Shown in pieces: positions 34,227-35,236 of a stretch of 35,236 nucleotides of DNA. Numbering within the stretch: position 1 is the stretch's first letter; each line of letters starts with the position of its first letter. Source of the stretch: Verrucomicrobiota bacterium. Its GTDB lineage: Bacteria; Verrucomicrobiota; Verrucomicrobiia; Chthoniobacterales; JACTMZ01. The position numbers and the translations under genes are program-made. The stretch spans positions 1-35,236 of the forward strand of contig JBEDBL010000003.1 in NCBI GenBank assembly GCA_041177245.1. Reading direction: 5' to 3'. The notes below the pieces were generated by a model. That model saw only the letters and a program-made list of their open reading frames with translations. It was not told where the DNA came from and ran no database searches.

Positions 34227-35236
34227 GGGCGATTTCCTCCATTTGTTGCGAGAATCCGGGGTAAGAAGTTTCGACACATTCCGTGCCGCTGATGACGGTT
34301 TCCCCGGAGGCGAACAAGCCGGCAACGGCGAAAGCCATGGCAATGCGATGGTCGTGGTGACTCTCGAGGCGCGTGCCATGGAGTGGTGCACCTCCATTGA
34401 TCACCATGCCATCTTCTTTTTCCAAAATATCAGCGCCCATCTTCTTCAGATGTTGTACCACGACCGCCAACCGGTCCGACTCCTTGACCCGCAACTCACC
34501 CGCGTCTTTGATGACTGTCGTGCCTTGCGCCAGCGCCGCGGCGACGGCCAGCACGGGTATCTCGTCGATGACATTGGGGATTTCCGCGCCTTCGATAGTT
34601 GTGGCGGACAGGTTGCCTCCCTCGACCTCGACCCGGCCGGCCGGCTCGCCGGATTCCGAGCCTCTCGGACTTGTTTTGATCTTTGCTCCCATTCTTTCCA
34701 GAACCTTGATGACGCCGGCCCGGGTGGGATTGAGTCCAAGGTTCTCGATGACCAACCGGCAACCTGGCTTTGCCGCAGAGGCGACCAACCAGAAGGCGGC
34801 GCTGGAAATATCACCTGGCACGTCGAAGTCCCGTGGCTGCGGGAGCCTTCCGCCCCGCACCGAAATACGGTCGCCGTCGATTTCGACCGGAACCCCAAAA
34901 TGGGCGAGCATGCGCTCGGTGTGGTCGCGGGTCTGGACCGGTTGAATGACGGTAGTTTGCCCGACCGCGAGCAGGCCGGCGAGAAGAACTGCACTTTTCA
35001 CCTGAGCGCTCGGCACTGGCAGCGTGTATTCGATGGCCTCGAGTTGCGGATTTCCCTCGATGACCAGCGGAGGTTTCCCGTCCTGCGCATCCGTCGAGAG
35101 TTTTGCGCCCATGCGTGCAAGGGGCTCCATGATTCGCTTCATCGGACGGCGCGAAAGAGATGCATCGCCGATGAGTCGCGAGCGAAAAGGCTGGGCGGCG
35201 AGCAGACCCGACATGAGGCGCATCGTCGTTCCGGAG
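34219..35236 (-). CDS. aroA: 3-phosphoshikimate 1-carboxyvinyltransferase (5' part outside window)
   Basis: SGTTMRL at the window edge, GDASLSRRPM, SAQVKSA, RDHTERML, DISSAAF, NPTR, IDEIP, RVKESDR, DHRIAM, SYPGF. Confidence 0.96.
   Translation of the reverse strand, partial: SGTTMRLMSGLLAAQPFRSRLIGDASLSRRPMKRIMEPLARMGAKLSTDAQDGKPPLVIEGNPQLEAIEYTLPVPSAQVKSAVLLAGLLAVGQTTVIQPVQTRDHTERMLAHFGVPVEIDGDRISVRGGRLPQPRDFDVPGDISSAAFWLVASAAKPGCRLVIENLGLNPTRAGVIKVLERMGAKIKTSPRGSESGEPAGRVEVEGGNLSATTIEGAEIPNVIDEIPVLAVAAALAQGTTVIKDAGELRVKESDRLAVVVQHLKKMGADILEKEDGMVINGGAPLHGTRLESHHDHRIAMAFAVAGLFASGETVISGTECVETSYPGFSQQMEEIAHA

Noticed and set aside
202-34994. Many long antisense or alternative-frame ORFs (e.g. 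2646..3743+, 11078..12292+, 13015..14430-, 24673..26169+, 27189..28610-, 28795..30114-)
   Set aside because: Each shadows a gene with clear family motifs and has no motifs of its own; long open shadow frames are expected in GC-rich DNA.
1-35236. CRISPR arrays, tRNA/rRNA genes, IS elements, riboswitches
   Set aside because: I recognised no spaced direct repeats, cloverleaf motifs, transposase ORFs or SAM-riboswitch core by eye; a covariance-model search would be needed to exclude small RNAs.

Overview
GC-rich bacterial chromosomal segment. Gene content and style (AFTLIE-type prepilin, TPR/ExbBD/vWA cluster, A/C-rich leaders) suggest Verrucomicrobiota; this is inference. In order it contains: the start of cstA; a branched-chain amino-acid ABC operon (livK-H-M-G-F) whose livG is frameshifted by a 16-bp hairpin-templated insertion; an unknown lipoprotein; rlmN; a sulfate-uptake operon (OprO/P-type porin, sbp, an unexpected M14 peptidase, cysT-W-A) behind an Rrf2-like operator; a decayed methyltransferase; an isolated nuoD; infA; a luxE/luxC-like pair without luciferase; and a TPR-TPR-ExbB-ExbD-ExbD-vWA envelope-motor operon whose last gene has a TonB/TolA-type SxxxH anchor but a vWA domain instead of TonB_C. 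After these come a C4 zinc-ribbon gene, a fused nuoEF, a yqjD/E/K-like triad, two pilT-family ATPases, glgB, a low-GC pilin, and plsC-cmk-aroA (aroA partial). I recognised no rRNA, tRNA, CRISPR array or transposase. The best candidate for an undescribed system is the ExbBD-powered vWA/TPR operon (17210-23884). All calls rest on motifs read by eye; no database searches were run.
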